DNA from: the human T2T-CHM13v2.0 reference genome, Homo sapiens | Length of the DNA stretch: 64,000 bases | Direction: 5' to 3' (one strand) | Assembly: GCF_009914755.1 (NCBI RefSeq) | Contig: NC_060947.1 | Shown here: one piece after another, positions 1-15,370 of the stretch | How positions within the stretch are numbered: position 1 is the first letter of the stretch | How the letters are laid out: every line of letters starts with the position of its first letter | Program-made: the position numbers and the translations under genes | The notes under the pieces: model-generated | The model's input: the letters and a program-made list of their open reading frames with translations, nothing else | What the model was told of the DNA's origin: nothing | Database searches by the model: none

Positions 1-63
1 CTATTGAATTTGTCAATTATTTCTTGGAGCCTACCACAGTGAGAACACAAGTCAGAATAAAAT

Positions 64-425
64 GCAGTTCCCGTCCTAAAATGGTGAGTCCCGAACACCA
101 GTCCACAGACTTCAACTGGTCTGTGACAATGTTTTCACAAGTCCATGGCAAAATTTAAAGACAAACAAGAAGATAATGAAGGGAATGTTTCATGACTTTA
201 AATTTACATTCAGTTTTAAAGACTTTCCTTTATTACAAGTCTATTATGAGTATTTCCTTTCCATTTTTTTTTCTTGGCAATGAAATGTTCTTTATTTTTT
301 TGTGGCAGTTGTCTCTTTTTAACATCCTCACTTAGCATAACAAAAAAATTGGCAACTGCTGGTCGGTCTATTTTTTTTCTTTGAATTTTGTTGGTCTGTT
401 AACTCAAGATGTATGTGAACCGCTA
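64..425. mobile_element. Possible degenerate hAT-Charlie-type DNA transposon remnant
   Basis: Terminal-like motifs (ccagtccacagac...ggtctgtgac; ttggtctgt...gaaccgct) resemble Charlie/MER5-group ends; very diverged. Confidence 0.3.
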
Positions 426-756
426 AATCACTTACCACCTACTTAAGGAATATGATTAATCCAGTTTATAGTTTAATCTAGAAAATTGCTTACATTTGTT
501 ACTTAGAAGTTCTGTTCTGGGAATTGTTTGTATTTATAATTATGAGCTCCAGAAAAAGAAAACAGATTTTAAGCTCAAGATATTGCTTGAAAAACAAAAC
601 AACACCAAAAGGAACAAAGCCAATAACAACCAAATGGTGTCAGTCACGTTAAAAGACCCTCAATAAATATTTGTTGAATATGTAAATAAATTATCAACTG
701 AAACAAATATAGATTCAAATAATATCTAGCCAGCAGCTACTAAAAAAACAAGCCTG

Positions 757-1002
757 GGCCGGATGCAGTGGCTCACGCCTGTAATCCCAGCACTTTGGGA
801 GGCCAAGGCGGGCAGATCACTTGAGGTCAGGAATTCGAGACCAGCCTGGCCAATGTGGTGAAACCCCCTCTCTACAGGAATACAAACATTAGCAAGGCAT
901 GGTAGCAGGCACCTGTAGTCCCAGCTACTCAGAGACTGAGGCAGGAAAATCGCTTGAACCTGGGAGGAGAAGGTTGCAGTGAGCTGAGATTGGGCCACTG
1001 CA
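757..1002 (+). mobile_element. AluS (Sx-like), lacking its last ~35 nt
   Basis: GGCCGG...GTGGCTCACGCCTGTAATCCCAGC dimer; ends at CCACTGCAC; TSD-like AAGCCTG on both sides. Confidence 0.95.
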
Positions 1003-1066
1003 CAAGAAAGGAAGGAAGGAAAGAAGGAAGGAAGGAAGGGAGGGAGGGAGGGATAGAGAAAAGAAA
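1003..1066 (+). repeat. (GGAA)n/(GGGA)n purine tract replacing the Alu tail; G4 motif at 1038-1052
   Basis: Seen directly. Confidence 0.9.
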
Positions 1067-1397
1067 AAGCCTGATGGGCAAAAGCAGAATTTTCACTCTT
1101 TGATCAGAATAACGTGGAAAATGGCTTCTTTTCAACTAGAGATAACTACTGAGTATTATACCCTCAGCCTAGGAAAGGCCTGTAGCTCATTTTTCTCTCT
1201 TGACAACAGGAAATGAAAGCAGTCAGAGAAAACTGAAAACATTTAGAAAATTATTTAGACTCATAGAAATTAGGGACAGAGACCAGAAATCCCCCAACTC
1301 ATTCCCTTCAATTTAGATAAGGAAATAGGCTCAGAGAAACTTGTCCAGGTTACCTATGCTTTGGGGTTTGGACCATAAGAACAAAACCAAGATACTG

Positions 1398-1414
1398 CTG
1401 TCATCTAGTGGCAG
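1398..1414 (-). promoter_or_regulatory. Candidate CTCF site
   Basis: Minus strand reads CTGCCACTAGATGACAG, one mismatch from the CCACTAGATGGCAG core. Confidence 0.45.
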
Positions 1415-2220
1415 TATACCCTAATTGCAGGGAAAATTATCTAGGCATTGTTTTAAAGATTTATCGAGTATTCAAACTACAAACTTAAAAGTTTTTAAAT
1501 ACTTCCAAAGGTCAGAGGAAACAGAGACATAAAGGTAGGAAACATTCAAATTAGAATTCATGGAGGAGGGAATGTACTCTGAGGGTAGTGAGTTGCAGAA
1601 GAGCAAAGGTCCAGAGACAAAATGAGTATAAAGTATTTAAGGAATGTTGAGGGGCAGTAAATAATAATTGACTTGTGAAAATATCTACTATCTTCAGGAT
1701 TTCTCCTTTGATAGAATTCATCAACACCAGATTAGCAAAGAGCTTTTACTAGTAACCAGCCACTAGAACATGGAAATAGTCTTGCTCAACTGAAGCTCAC
1801 ATTAAAAATTATACTCATGTTACACAAAGATACACTGAGTAAATACAAAATAGCATATGTGCAAGGCCATTGGAGGCAGTGTTATTTGCAGTAGCAAGGG
1901 ACTAGAAACAAATGTCCACTAATAAAGAACTAGTTGACAACAAATAGCAGATGTTGGCAAGGATGCGGAGAAAAGGGAAAGTTTATACACTGTAGTGGGA
2001 ATGTAAATTAATACAACCTCTATGGAAAATAGTATGGAGATTTCTCAAAGAACTAAAAATAGAACTACCATTTGATCGAGCAATTCCACTACTCGGTATC
2101 TACCCAAAGGAAAAGAGATCATATCAAAAGATACTTGCACGTGTATGTTTATCACAGCACTATTCACAATAGCCAACTAAGTGTCTCTCGATGGATGATT
2201 GGATAAAGAAAATGTGGTTT

Positions 2221-2935
2221 CAATGAGATACCATCTTACACCAGTCAGAATAGCTATTATCGAAAAGTCAAAAAACAAAAGATGCCGGTGTGGCCACAGA
2301 GAAAAGGGACACCGTTGGTGGGAATGTAAATTAGTTCAGCCACTGTGGCAGGCAGTGCGGAGATTTCTCTAAAAACTTAGAAATATCATTCAACCCAGCA
2401 ATCCCATTACTGGGTATATACCCAAAGGAAAACAGATCATTATACCAAAAAGACACATGTACTTGTATGTTCATCGTCATGCAATTCACAATAGCAAAGA
2501 CATGGTATCAACTTACATGCCCATCAATGGCGGACTGGATAAAGAAAATGTGGTTACACATGCCGCATGGAATTCTACACAGTCATAAAAAAAAGAACAA
2601 AATCACATCCTTTGCAGAAATATGGATGCAGCCAGAGGCCATTCTCCTAAGTGAACTAACTCAGAAACAGAAAACCAAATGCCACATGTTCTCACTTATA
2701 AGTGAGAGCTAAACATTGGGTACTCATGGACATAAAGTGGCAACAATAGAAACTGGGGACTACTAGAGGGTAGAAGAAGTGAGGTGAGCAAGGGTTGAAA
2801 AACTATTAGGTACCCTGCTTAGTACCTGGGTGACGGGCTCATTCGTATCCCAAACTTCAGCATCATGCAATATACCCAGGTAACAAACCTGCATAGGTAC
2901 TCCCTGAATCTAAAATAAAAGTGGGGAAAAAAAGA
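2221..2935 (+). mobile_element. L1PB/old L1PA 3' fragment nested in L1MA
   Basis: Restarts at ATGAGATACCATCTTACACCAGTCAGAAT; ends TGAATCTAAAATAAAAG plus A tail; AAAGAAAATG on both sides. Confidence 0.85.
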
Positions 2936-3019
2936 AAATGGAATATTATTCGGCCATTAAAAAAAGAATGAAAACATGTCTTTTGCGATAACATGGATGT
3001 AACTGGAGGCCACAATCTT

Positions 3020-3104
3020 TATTTTATTTTATTTTTTTTTTTGGAGACAGAGTCTCACTCTGTTTCCCAGGCTGGTGTGCAGTGGTGCAATCTTGGCTCA
3101 CTGC
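3020..3104 (-). mobile_element. Severely 5'-truncated Alu (3' ~60 nt plus tail)
   Basis: T-rich tail then GAGACAGAGTCTCACTCTG; 19-bp TSD at 3001-3019 and 3105-3123. Confidence 0.9.
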
Positions 3105-3593
3105 AACTGGAGGCCCTAATCTTAAGTGAAACAACCCAGAAACAGAAAGTAAAATACTGCATGTTCTCACTTATAAGTGGAAGCTAAACAATGGGTACAC
3201 AAGGACATAGAGTGTGGAATAATAGGCATTGGAGACTTCGAAGGGTGGGAGGCGGGTGGGGGATGAGAAATTGCTTGATGGTTATAATGTACACTATTTG
3301 AGTGATGGTTACACTAAAAGCCCAGACTTCACCACTATGCAATGTATCCATGTAACAAAACTACACTCGTACCACTTAAATTTATACAAATAATAAATAA
3401 ACTTACATTTAAAAGGACTAGTTTAATAAACTATGGTACATCCACACCTGGCACTACACAGCTGTTAAAAATAAAATAATGAGGAAAATTTCTATATACT
3501 GATATATCTCCAGCATCTACTATTAGAGGGAAAAACAAGTGTAAAACCACGCTAGTAGTATGCCACTTTTTGAATAGCCTACTCTAAAGGAAA

Positions 3594-3595
3594 AC

Positions 3596-3641
<46 letters not shown>
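3594..3641 (+). repeat. (CA)n microsatellite
   Basis: 20 uninterrupted CA units at 3601-3640. Confidence 0.98.
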
Positions 3642-3644
<3 letters not shown>

Positions 3645-4044
3645 ACATACACATATTTGCTTTTATTTTCAAAAAGAAATGAAGGAAAGGTAATCAAAGA
3701 CTAATAAAGATGGTTATCCATACTGGGAGGTGACAGGGTGGAGGGGAGGGATGGCCTCGAGACTTCTTTGAATATATCTTGTTATATAGTTTGACTTTGG
3801 AACAAAATTAATCAAAAAGAAAAAAATCTCTAAAAATAGAAAACAAACTGAAACAAATGAACTTAACTTTACAATAAGTTGGTGACAAATCCACATGGAG
3901 AAAAAAAATTTCAACTTCACTTTAAAACACAGAATTTTGACTGTTCATTCCTAATTGGACACATTCTCAGGACACAGAGAACCACAAAGAAATTCTAAAC
4001 TGCATTTAGTAGTCTTATTGTTTTTTTTTTCATAGAGTTAACCA

Positions 4045-4356
4045 TTTGATTTATTTATTTATGTATTTATTTAGAGACAGGGTCTGGCTCTGTGGCCCAG
4101 GCCAGAGTGGAGTGGTGCAATCATGGCTTACTGCAGCATCGACCTCCCCCGGGCTCAGATGATCCTCCCATCTCAGCCTCCCGAGTAGCTGGGCTTCAGG
4201 CATGCACCATCATGCCCAGCCAATTTTTTCTAGTTTTTGTAGAGACAGGATTTCATCGTGTTGCCCAGGCTGGTATTGAACTCCTGAGCTCAAGCGACCT
4301 ACCTACCTCAGCCTCCTAAAGTGCTGGGATTACATGAGTGAGCCACCATGCCCAGA
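4045..4356 (-). mobile_element. AluJ
   Basis: Reverse dimer with J-type ATCATGGCT/GGCTCAGATGATCCTCCC. Confidence 0.93.
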
Positions 4357-5056
4357 CAGTTTTCTCATTAATGGTCATATTGTTGTTTTTATTTTGGAAC
4401 TAGTTAGGTAATTATGTTGATATTATTAAGAGCCAAGATGTTCAAAATAAGAGAAAGGAGATACTCATATAAATTCAAAGAATTTAAGTAAAAACATTGT
4501 AATCTTAAATTTGAATTAGAAATAGCACTATAAACTCATTTGTTTCTTTTTTTCTTTTTAAACAGAAAGGTAATTGCTGTCTCCGACCACTACAAAGACC
4601 TAAAAGTAGTAACTACTAATAGCGATGAGCACCACTAGTACAAAAACTGTAATCTCTGAATATCATTCCCCACAAAATAAAACCACCACTCCTTAGAGAA
4701 ATGGCTGACTGCAGGTCTGGGGCAGGGACTGTACTAGATGAACCAGGAATGTCCTCTTGTACTAGAAAGCAAGGAAGTGATCAGCAACTACTATGATCAT
4801 GTCAAAAAGCCTCAGGAGCCAACTTGAAAGGGCTCCCACTGGCCTAATATGGGTCAATCTGGATATCAAAATTAAAAATCACTGTGATTTATTGAAATAC
4901 ATCAAATACATAAAAGCCCATAAATTTATAATGACCTAATACAAACACATTAGTCATCATTGGAGCCTGCTAGGACACCAAGTCATCCTGAAATGTTTTA
5001 AGTGAAAGGCAAGAATCAAGTAGGTGTCCTGCCTTTCCTATGAGAACTGTACTTTA

Positions 5057-5359
<303 letters not shown>

Positions 5360-6814
5360 AGAACTGTATTCTATGATAGCCACATAATTGATGAGGGAAA
5401 TTTCTTCTTTTTAAATTTATTTTTATTTTTTTCTTGTTTTGGGAACTGCTCCCTTCCAATTTTTTTTTTCGGAGGGGGGATTCTTCTTGATAGAAGAATT
5501 CCCACTAATAAATTCAGAAAAAATAACAGCACTGAAAAATCATTAATTTCCAACCCCTAATGAAATAATGGATCTAGGCAATAATCATCAGTGGATGCTA
5601 AAATCATTAAGTTAAAGGTTGATGGGGCAATTTCTACTGCAGGAATCAGGCTGAAACCACCTGAACCCCACCAATCAATCTTAGTATTATAAAAAGTGAG
5701 GCATCCAGACTTACATAGGCTTTCAGATGGGATGCAATAAGGAATAAACAACACCACTCATGAGGGATTCTTGCCTTAAACAGTGAACCTGATTTGTTCC
5801 AAGGAAGTGCATAAGAAAAAAAAAAGTGAACCTGAATCTAATCAAATCTCTAGTGGGGGGATGACAATCATGGAAACAGAGTTTTATTTGTATTTTATTA
5901 AGGAATAAAAGACCAAAACAATCCCCACAGCTAGGGCAATCTGATTGCCCCCAAATCTATTCCTATACACTCAGTCTGCCCCAAGCTCTGGAATGAATCT
6001 TGTTTATTCATTAAACAGAAATTAAGGAGCCTGTTTTCCATAACTCAGATGACTGCATGGGGTCAACCAGGTTATTAACCCTCCTATAACACTGTCTTTA
6101 CCCCAGATCCAATTATTGGTTGCCTACCTTAATCCTTGTTCCTACATTCCTATCTGGTTAATTTGCCTGCTGCCTCAGTTGCTCTGAAACAGGGGCTTGG
6201 CTTTACTCTTACTCAGACTAGGGCCCTGACCTTGAATCCCAGCCCAGCTTCTGGGCCCCCACTCCCTGTTGCTAACCACCTACTTGCACTCTTGTGTCTT
6301 GCCCACTCCCTGGCTGCCTGTTTTAAATTTCTTGCCATCTTATTGGGTGTTTCTTGACCTGAAATATTGTGTCAATTTGACCCATACTCTTAAGAGTTGT
6401 ATAAAATATCAGACCATGTCTTGTTAGTTTATAACATCTTGAGGCAGGTTGGTGACATTATTCTTGTTTTGAAATGAGACTTAAACAGCATGTAAAATAT
6501 TTGTTTCTGGCCCCACATCACATCTGGGGCAGCACCTCTGCAAGCATCCTCAGTCTCCTTAAATGAGGAGCAGTATACTCAGCTCTGAATTCTGCTGCAA
6601 GCTAGTTGGCAAATGATTCCATTCTGTCCAAGCCATGAATCCCTCCCCTTCCTCTTCTCTGTGTCACTGCTGTGCCTTCCTAGCCATCTGCTCTTTCTCC
6701 AGTCCACTCTACCCATGCTCTGATGGGAATGCATTTTCTGCTCCCTATCTTTAACAGCTTCAGCAAACATGTCCGTTTCTCAGTGACTGTTTTGACTCCG
6801 TGGGTACACACTTC

Positions 6815-7130
6815 TATTTTTAAATGCTTTCTATTGTAAAGTAAAGCAGATAAGGAAAACCACACAGACACAGACATATGGCTTAACGAATTTGTATAAA
6901 GCAACACTCTTGTAACCATCATCAGGTCAAGAAATAGATCTTTGTCAGTCACCCCAGAAGCCCCCTCCATGTGTGCTGCCCAGATCATAAGTCCCCTCTT
7001 TGCTCATACATAACAATTGTCCAGATTTTTATAGTAATCAACTCATTGCTTTTTTTAAAAAAAATCGTTTTATCACATAAATGTGCATCCTTAGATACTA
7101 TATTTTAGTCTTGCTCATTTTTAAAAACTG
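6815..7130 (-). mobile_element. Old L1 (L1ME-like) 3' fragment
   Basis: GTAACCATCATCAGGTCAAGAAATAG...CACCCCAGAAGCCCCC matches the antisense of an L1ME 3' end. Confidence 0.65.
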
Positions 7131-7792
7131 AAATTTCTTTTAAGTCTCTTTTAATCTACAGATTCTCCCTCCATTATTTTCTTTTCCTTATAATTCATCT
7201 GTTGAAAAACCCAGGCTCTTTGATGAATAGAGTTCCTTGGTCTGAATTTTGCTGATCAGTGTGCCAATTAACTGGTTATTTTACTGAACTGAACTTTGGC
7301 TTCCCCTCTTCCCACCCATCTTACTAGGGCAGGACTGCTGCTTATAGGAGCTCTCTGGGAGCTCTCACTCCACTCTCTAGCATGACTGATTGAAAGAAAA
7401 CAGTTGCCTTGCTCCCAGCTGCTGCCACTGAGGGCTCCACCTGGCTGTTTGAGTAGCTGGCTGGCTGGTATCAGGAGCTCATCCACGTGCCTCCAGCGTC
7501 CACTTCATGCTTTCCCTTCCTCTTGATGAGAGACGCATTGTGATTCCTGAGAACTGGAAAGGTAGAAACTGGAACATCCAGAATGGTATTGCCCCTTGAA
7601 TTTCTGAGAACCCCAATCTCTCCCATTGCTGGCCAATTTCTAGTGGTGCATTTGGAGGATTAAGCAACATACAAAGCCCCAGTTGAATTCCTATATGTTG
7701 GCCTGGTTGATTAAGATTCTGGGGATTTGATGTATTTTAAAGGTATTTTATATGTTTAAGTATACTTTATGCAGCTTAAAAGAAAAAAAGTT

Positions 7793-8160
<368 letters not shown>

Positions 8161-10145
8161 AGTTTAAAATCTAAATACAACAATATTTCAGTCACACTCT
8201 GTGTTAAATTGGGTTTTTGTGGGCACACCACAAACTCTAATCAAATATAGCATTGTTTCTATGGGAGACCAAATGCCAAATTCCAAGTATGCCACTAACG
8301 AAATGTGGGAATAGTCCCTTTATATAAGTTTCAGGCCTGCCCATCTGGTCAACTATATCATTTTAGATTCCCGTTTAGGCAAATTGGAACGTGGAATTAT
8401 TGTCTCTCTCAAGGCCTTTTCCTAATGAAGGCTTACATGTTCTTACCCCTAAGCATCTCCTCAAATGACTTAAAATATAATTTCCTTGTCTATATCCAAA
8501 TAATGGAAAATAATGATTCTCTGTTTGTGATGTAAAAGGAAGACCAAGAATATTATTGCTTCAGGCAACCAAATATTCAAAATTTGACCACCATAAAGAA
8601 TGTCATGATACTCACCAACCCACCAAAAACTCTGGAAGCCAATACAGTTATCAGACAAACTGAGCATCTCTCCAGGAAAAACAACCCCTCCCCATAAACC
8701 TTTTCAATTTCCAAGCAATATATGGAATTATTTAGGACTTAAATGTGAATCAGTGGCAGCTGGGAAATTTCTAGATTTTGAAATATGATAGTTTCCATTT
8801 GCTTGCAACCGGTTAATAATCTGTTCCACTTTAAAAGCATCACATCAAAGATAGAGGCAAAATGTAATAATAACAAAAACAAGATTTATTTCATTCTGGA
8901 ACTCCATGGTAATGATTCTTCAGTTTCTTAGATTTATGACTAATTAAATTGGGTCCAGAAACACCAAGTTCATTTTTAAGGCATTTCAAATAAGCCAAAT
9001 AAGTATATTGAGCCAAGACTCATTCATATTCAGATTTCTAGGACACTCTGATTTGATAATATATGTTCCATACAATGCAGTAATGGTTAAATCAGGGCTC
9101 TATTGAGGCTTGAGCCTCATGTAACAGAGCTGCAATTTAATGCAGCATGGCCTTTGAGTGCTATAGCAACAGCACCTGCTATCTTATTTTAATAAGACCC
9201 AAGAGATATTCTGGAGGTTTCTATTTTACTAAATTTTCACTTCAAGTTCTAGCTCTGTTTAATATTCTTGTAATGTGAAAAGGGAACAAGAGACTTTAGC
9301 AAAGCTGGGAAGATTCAAAATTTGCTACGGGAATATTAGACAGTCCAGGAAAAAATGCTAGGATGGCATTTTCATATGTCATGTTCTCCCTATCTAAATG
9401 TGTCATTATAACAAATAATACAAAAGTGTAGATACTTGAAAGACTATCCAGTATGTATACTTAACAATTTAAGATTTCTAATACATAAAATCTCATCCAT
9501 GCCTTAAAAGAAAAACAGCAACCCAAATGAATTACATATTTCATGATCAACAAAAGTGAAATGATGTTTATTATCAAAATATAAAGAAGGCTTCAAAGCT
9601 AAAACTTTTGAATCCAGTAATTATATAGAAGAGTTTTTCTGATTAATATTTGTATAATCTTGGACACAAAAATTTTAAAATACGCATTTACTTTTAAGCA
9701 CATATGGAACATCTACTGTACAAAAATTGACCCTGTAATAGGCAATAAAGAAGTTTCAGATCACACCAAAGAATCAATATCCTACTGACCTCACTAGAAA
9801 AGAATAACACAATAATTAAAATAACATTGGAAATGAAGAGTATTTCTAAATGATTCATTAGTCAAAAAGAAGAAATCCTAATGGAAATTAGTCAATGCAC
9901 AAAACTGCAAGTGAAAACACTATGTATCAAAACCTGAGGGACATAGCTAAAGCAGTAATTGTAAGTAAACTTATTTCTCAACACTTGAAAAGAACAGTCT
10001 ATAAATTAGTTCATAAGTCCTCTTTCCGCTTAATAAAAAATAAGCAAATTAGTGACCATGTTGTCCAACCCAAGAAGTTAGAAAAAGAAAAACATAACAA
10101 AGATTACAGAACTTAATAAAATAATTCAAAAAAAAATAGTGACCA

Positions 10146-10675
<530 letters not shown>

Positions 10676-10753
10676 CTATTTTATAACTCAATAAAATAGA
10701 GGAAAATATGGAAAAATAAATGAAAAGGTGGAGAATTTCACCAGAGAATTGAA

Positions 10754-10775
10754 ACACACACACACACACACACAC
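10754..10775 (+). repeat. (CA)n microsatellite
   Basis: About 11 units. Confidence 0.95.
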
Positions 10776-10944
10776 TTAAATAAATATTCTAAAACTGAAA
10801 AATTAAATATATATAAGATTAAAAGATATAAGGGTAGGAGAAAAGAGTCATTATATTCAAATCATATGATTAGATTATCTGCATAAAGGGACTAATAAGA
10901 GATATTAGCAATACTGTTAGATAAAAGATTAATATGAAGATATT

Positions 10945-11208
10945 GGCAGGCACGGTGGCTCACGCCTGTAATTCCAGCACTTTGGGAGGCCAAGGCAGGT
11001 AAGATCACTTGGGGTAAGGAGTTCAAGACCAGACTTGCCAACATGGTGAAACCCCATCTCTACTAAAAATACAAAAATTAGCCGGGCGTGGTGATGCGCG
11101 TGGTGAGGCTGAGGCAGGAGAATCGCTTTAACTGGGAGGTGGAGGTTGCAGTGAGCTGGGATCACACCACTGCACTCCAGCCTGGATGACAGAGCGAGAC
11201 TCCGTCTC

Positions 11209-11239
<31 letters not shown>

Positions 11240-11247
11240 AAAGAAAA
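10945..11247 (+). mobile_element. AluS with internal right-arm deletion and long poly(A)
   Basis: CCTGTAATCCCAGCTACTCGG is missing near 11100; ~A29 tail. Confidence 0.95.
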
Positions 11248-11462
11248 TACCTGTTGCATTCTTATATACCCACAGCAAATAGAATATGCAAATTAAAAAG
11301 AAGACAAACTTTAAAAAATAGCAACAAAATTATGAAGTATCAAAAAATAAATAACAAAATATATAAAAGACTTTTGGGGAGAAAATCATAAAACTTTACT
11401 GGAAAACAAAAGACCTTAAAAAGAGAGAACTATATCATGTCCTTGAATGGGAAGACTCACTT

Positions 11463-12083
<621 letters not shown>

Positions 12084-12442
12084 TCAATACTGCCAAATTA
12101 ATCCTTAAAGTTAAGCAATTCTGATCAAAATCCCATTACGATCCTTTTAGAGATTTTGTAAATTGATTCTAAAATTCACAGGAAAGAGCAAAGAGCCAAC
12201 AAGAATGAGGATACACATGAAGAAAAGCAAAGCAGACGGAACTGGCTTTACAGATTTTATTATAGAACTAGAGTAATCACAACTGTGTGGCAATGGTGCA
12301 GGACAGACAGATAGCCCAATAGAGAAACAGAGTCACCAAATAGAGAAACAGACACACACAAACTTGATACATAATAAAAGTAACATTACATATGAATGGG
12401 GAAAGAATGAAGTATTCAGTGAATGGTGCTATTTATCATTTA

Positions 12443-12592
<150 letters not shown>

Positions 12593-12667
12593 AATATAAT
12601 AATTGAAAAATAAACGTAAATATACACACACACAATTCAATATAAATATGAGAATAAAACCTAAAGA

Positions 12668-12818
12668 TTTAAAGACAGGGTCTTTCTCTGTATCCCAGGC
12701 TGGAGTACAGTAATGCAATCATAACATACTGCACCCTTGAGCTCCTGGGCTCAAGTGATCCTCCTTCTTCAGCCTCGCAAAATGCTGGGATTATAGGCAT
12801 GAGCCACCAGGCCCAGCC
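12668..12818 (-). mobile_element. Alu monomer (FRAM/FAM-like or collapsed AluJ)
   Basis: Single arm with a left-arm 5' start and a right-arm 3' end. Confidence 0.85.
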
Positions 12819-13733
12819 CCCAAACATTTTTATAAGAAAAGAAACTATCTCTATGACTTCAGGATAAGAATTTAACAGGATACAAAATGTACAAAAGCAT
12901 ATAGGAAAAGAATGATACATTGTCTCATTGAAATCCTAAATGTAAGCACACTATAGAAAATGTAAATACAAACTACAGATCGGGAGGAAATATTTGCTAC
13001 TCCCATAACAAAGGATTTCTATAAAAATATATAAGAATTCCTGTACATCAATACCAATCCAATAGGAAAATTGGCAAATAATAATAGCTAACATGCATTG
13101 TTTACTTTGTATTAGGCACTGTTCTAATTGTTTTATATATATTACCTTATTTAATCCTTAAAGGACATGAATAGGTAATTCACAGAAGAAGAAACTCAAA
13201 TGGTCAATAATTTATGAAAATATACTCAGCCTCATTAATAACTATTAAAATAACAAAAATTTTTTTAAAAGAATAACTAAATTAAAATGACAGGTATTTC
13301 CTAGCTACTAGATTGGCAAACATTATAAAATCTGACAATACCAATTGTTGATGAGAATGTGAAACTATATTAACTCACGCACGACTGGTAGATTTACTAC
13401 ACTAGTGCAATTATACTGGTATAAATTATTACCTTTACTTTGGAGAGTAATCTGTTGATATCTGATAGAGTTGAAGATACAAAATTCCACTCCTGTATAT
13501 TCCCTAGAAAAACTCTCATACAATGCACAATGTACAAGAATGTTCATTGCAGCAATAGCAAAAGAAAAAAAAATAGAAGTAACCTAAATGTCCATTAACA
13601 GAAGATAAGATAAATTGTGGCATAGTCATACAATGGAATTTCATTTTACTATAGTCAAATCAATGAATAAAACTCCATTAATTCATCTGAATTCAATAAC
13701 ACAATGGTGATCATTTTAAAAAAGCAAGTTACA

Positions 13734-14043
<310 letters not shown>

Positions 14044-14104
14044 TTAAATACCAGGTGGTCCCATTAGTAAAGTTTGAAGACATGTAAAACAATATTTTGA
14101 GTGT

Positions 14105-14414
14105 TTTATTGTTTGTTTGTTTTGTTGAGACAGGGTCTCGTTCTGTCACCCAGGCTGGAGTGCAGTGGCATGAACATGGCTCATTGCAGCCTTGACCTCC
14201 TGTGCTCAAATGATCCTCCCACCTCAGCCTCCCAAGTAGCTGAGATTGCAGGTGCATGCCACCACGTCTGGCTAACTTTTTTCGTTTTTGTTTTTGTAGA
14301 GACAGGGTCTCTTTTTGCTGCCCAGGCTGGTCTTCAACTCCTGGCTTCAAGAGACCCTCCCACCTCGGCCTCCCAAAGTGTTGGGATTGCAGATGTGAGC
14401 CACCGCTCCTGGCC
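14105..14414 (-). mobile_element. AluJ, inverted relative to the Alu at 13734
   Basis: Full reverse dimer. Confidence 0.95.
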
Positions 14415-15189
14415 TGACAGTATTGTTTATGGAAACCTTCACAGATGTTAAAACTACTAAACCAAACATGAGAATGATAAACACCTAATGCAATACCCTG
14501 GGCTGCTGTTCGAAACTCCAGGGAGAGTAATTCACATTGTACAGCATAGAATTGTTTTTCAGGAAGAGCCATTCACAGGCTGGAAGGAAGGAAAGAGGAT
14601 GGGATTTGAAAGATGCAGCCAGGGGCCTTCAATTGTACCTGTCATGTTTTATCTCTAAAAAAAAATAATAATAAGTAAAAAAGAAGAGAAGAAAACGAGG
14701 CAAAAATGTTAGATTTGAAAGAAGTGGGTGGTAAACACCTAGGTGTTCCTGATGTTTTCCTCTATGCTTTTCTGCATTCTTGCAATATGTCATAATAAAA
14801 GATAAATGGATGTGGAGGAAGGCACTCATCCAGCAGCACAATTGCTAAACAGAACCAAACTGAGAAAGACAAAGAAAAGAGCAACAGTGAAATGGGGAGT
14901 GCTCATCACTGATTTAATTAATCTAAGGAGAGATTTTTCCTTGATGTCCTTCCATAAATTTTGTTAAATTCAGTCTCCTATGCATACTACACTCCTACAG
15001 ATCTTTCCTTACCCCCACCCACCCCCCGCCTCCATCCGCCAGCACTTCTTAGATGTGTCCAGTCTGGGTATTCCCAAAACCACCCTTTTTCTGAGCTCTT
15101 CCTTCCCTTCAATAGTTAGGGGTGGGGGAGTATTTTGAGCCCCCACTCCAAGTACTGAGAGAAGTCCATTGCTCTTTCCCACAGCTGAT

Positions 15190-15370
15190 ATTTATTGTGC
15201 ACTCAATTATGGGTCTGGAATTATTCCAAACATTTTACCACCGTTATCACATTTAATCCTCGCAGCAACTTTATGAAATAGGTTCCATTTTTAGCCCCAC
15301 TTTCAGGATGAGGAATTGAGGCTCAAGGGGTTGACTTCTTTATGGCCACACTGCTAGTAAGTAGTGGCCC
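15190..15370 (-). mobile_element. MIR
   Basis: ATTTAATCCTCGCAGCAAC...CCCCACTTTCAGGATGAGGAATTGAGGCTCA core. Confidence 0.75.

Larger units (their letters stand above)
1938..3411 (+). mobile_element. L1MA-like 3' fragment (ORF2 end plus 3' UTR), interrupted by a second L1 and an Alu fragment
   Basis: Typical L1 3' motifs (ATGTTCTCACTTATAAGTGG; CCCAGACTTCACCACTATGCAAT); flanked by AAAG(A/G)ACTAGTT at 1924 and 3412. Confidence 0.85.

Noticed and set aside
1003-1040. GGAA microsatellite as an EWS-FLI1 response element
   Set aside because: Runs are only about 3 consecutive GGAA units and are interrupted
4500-5000. Similarity to 50890-51400 as a local segmental duplication
   Set aside because: Both are diverged copies of the same L1MC-type 3' UTR
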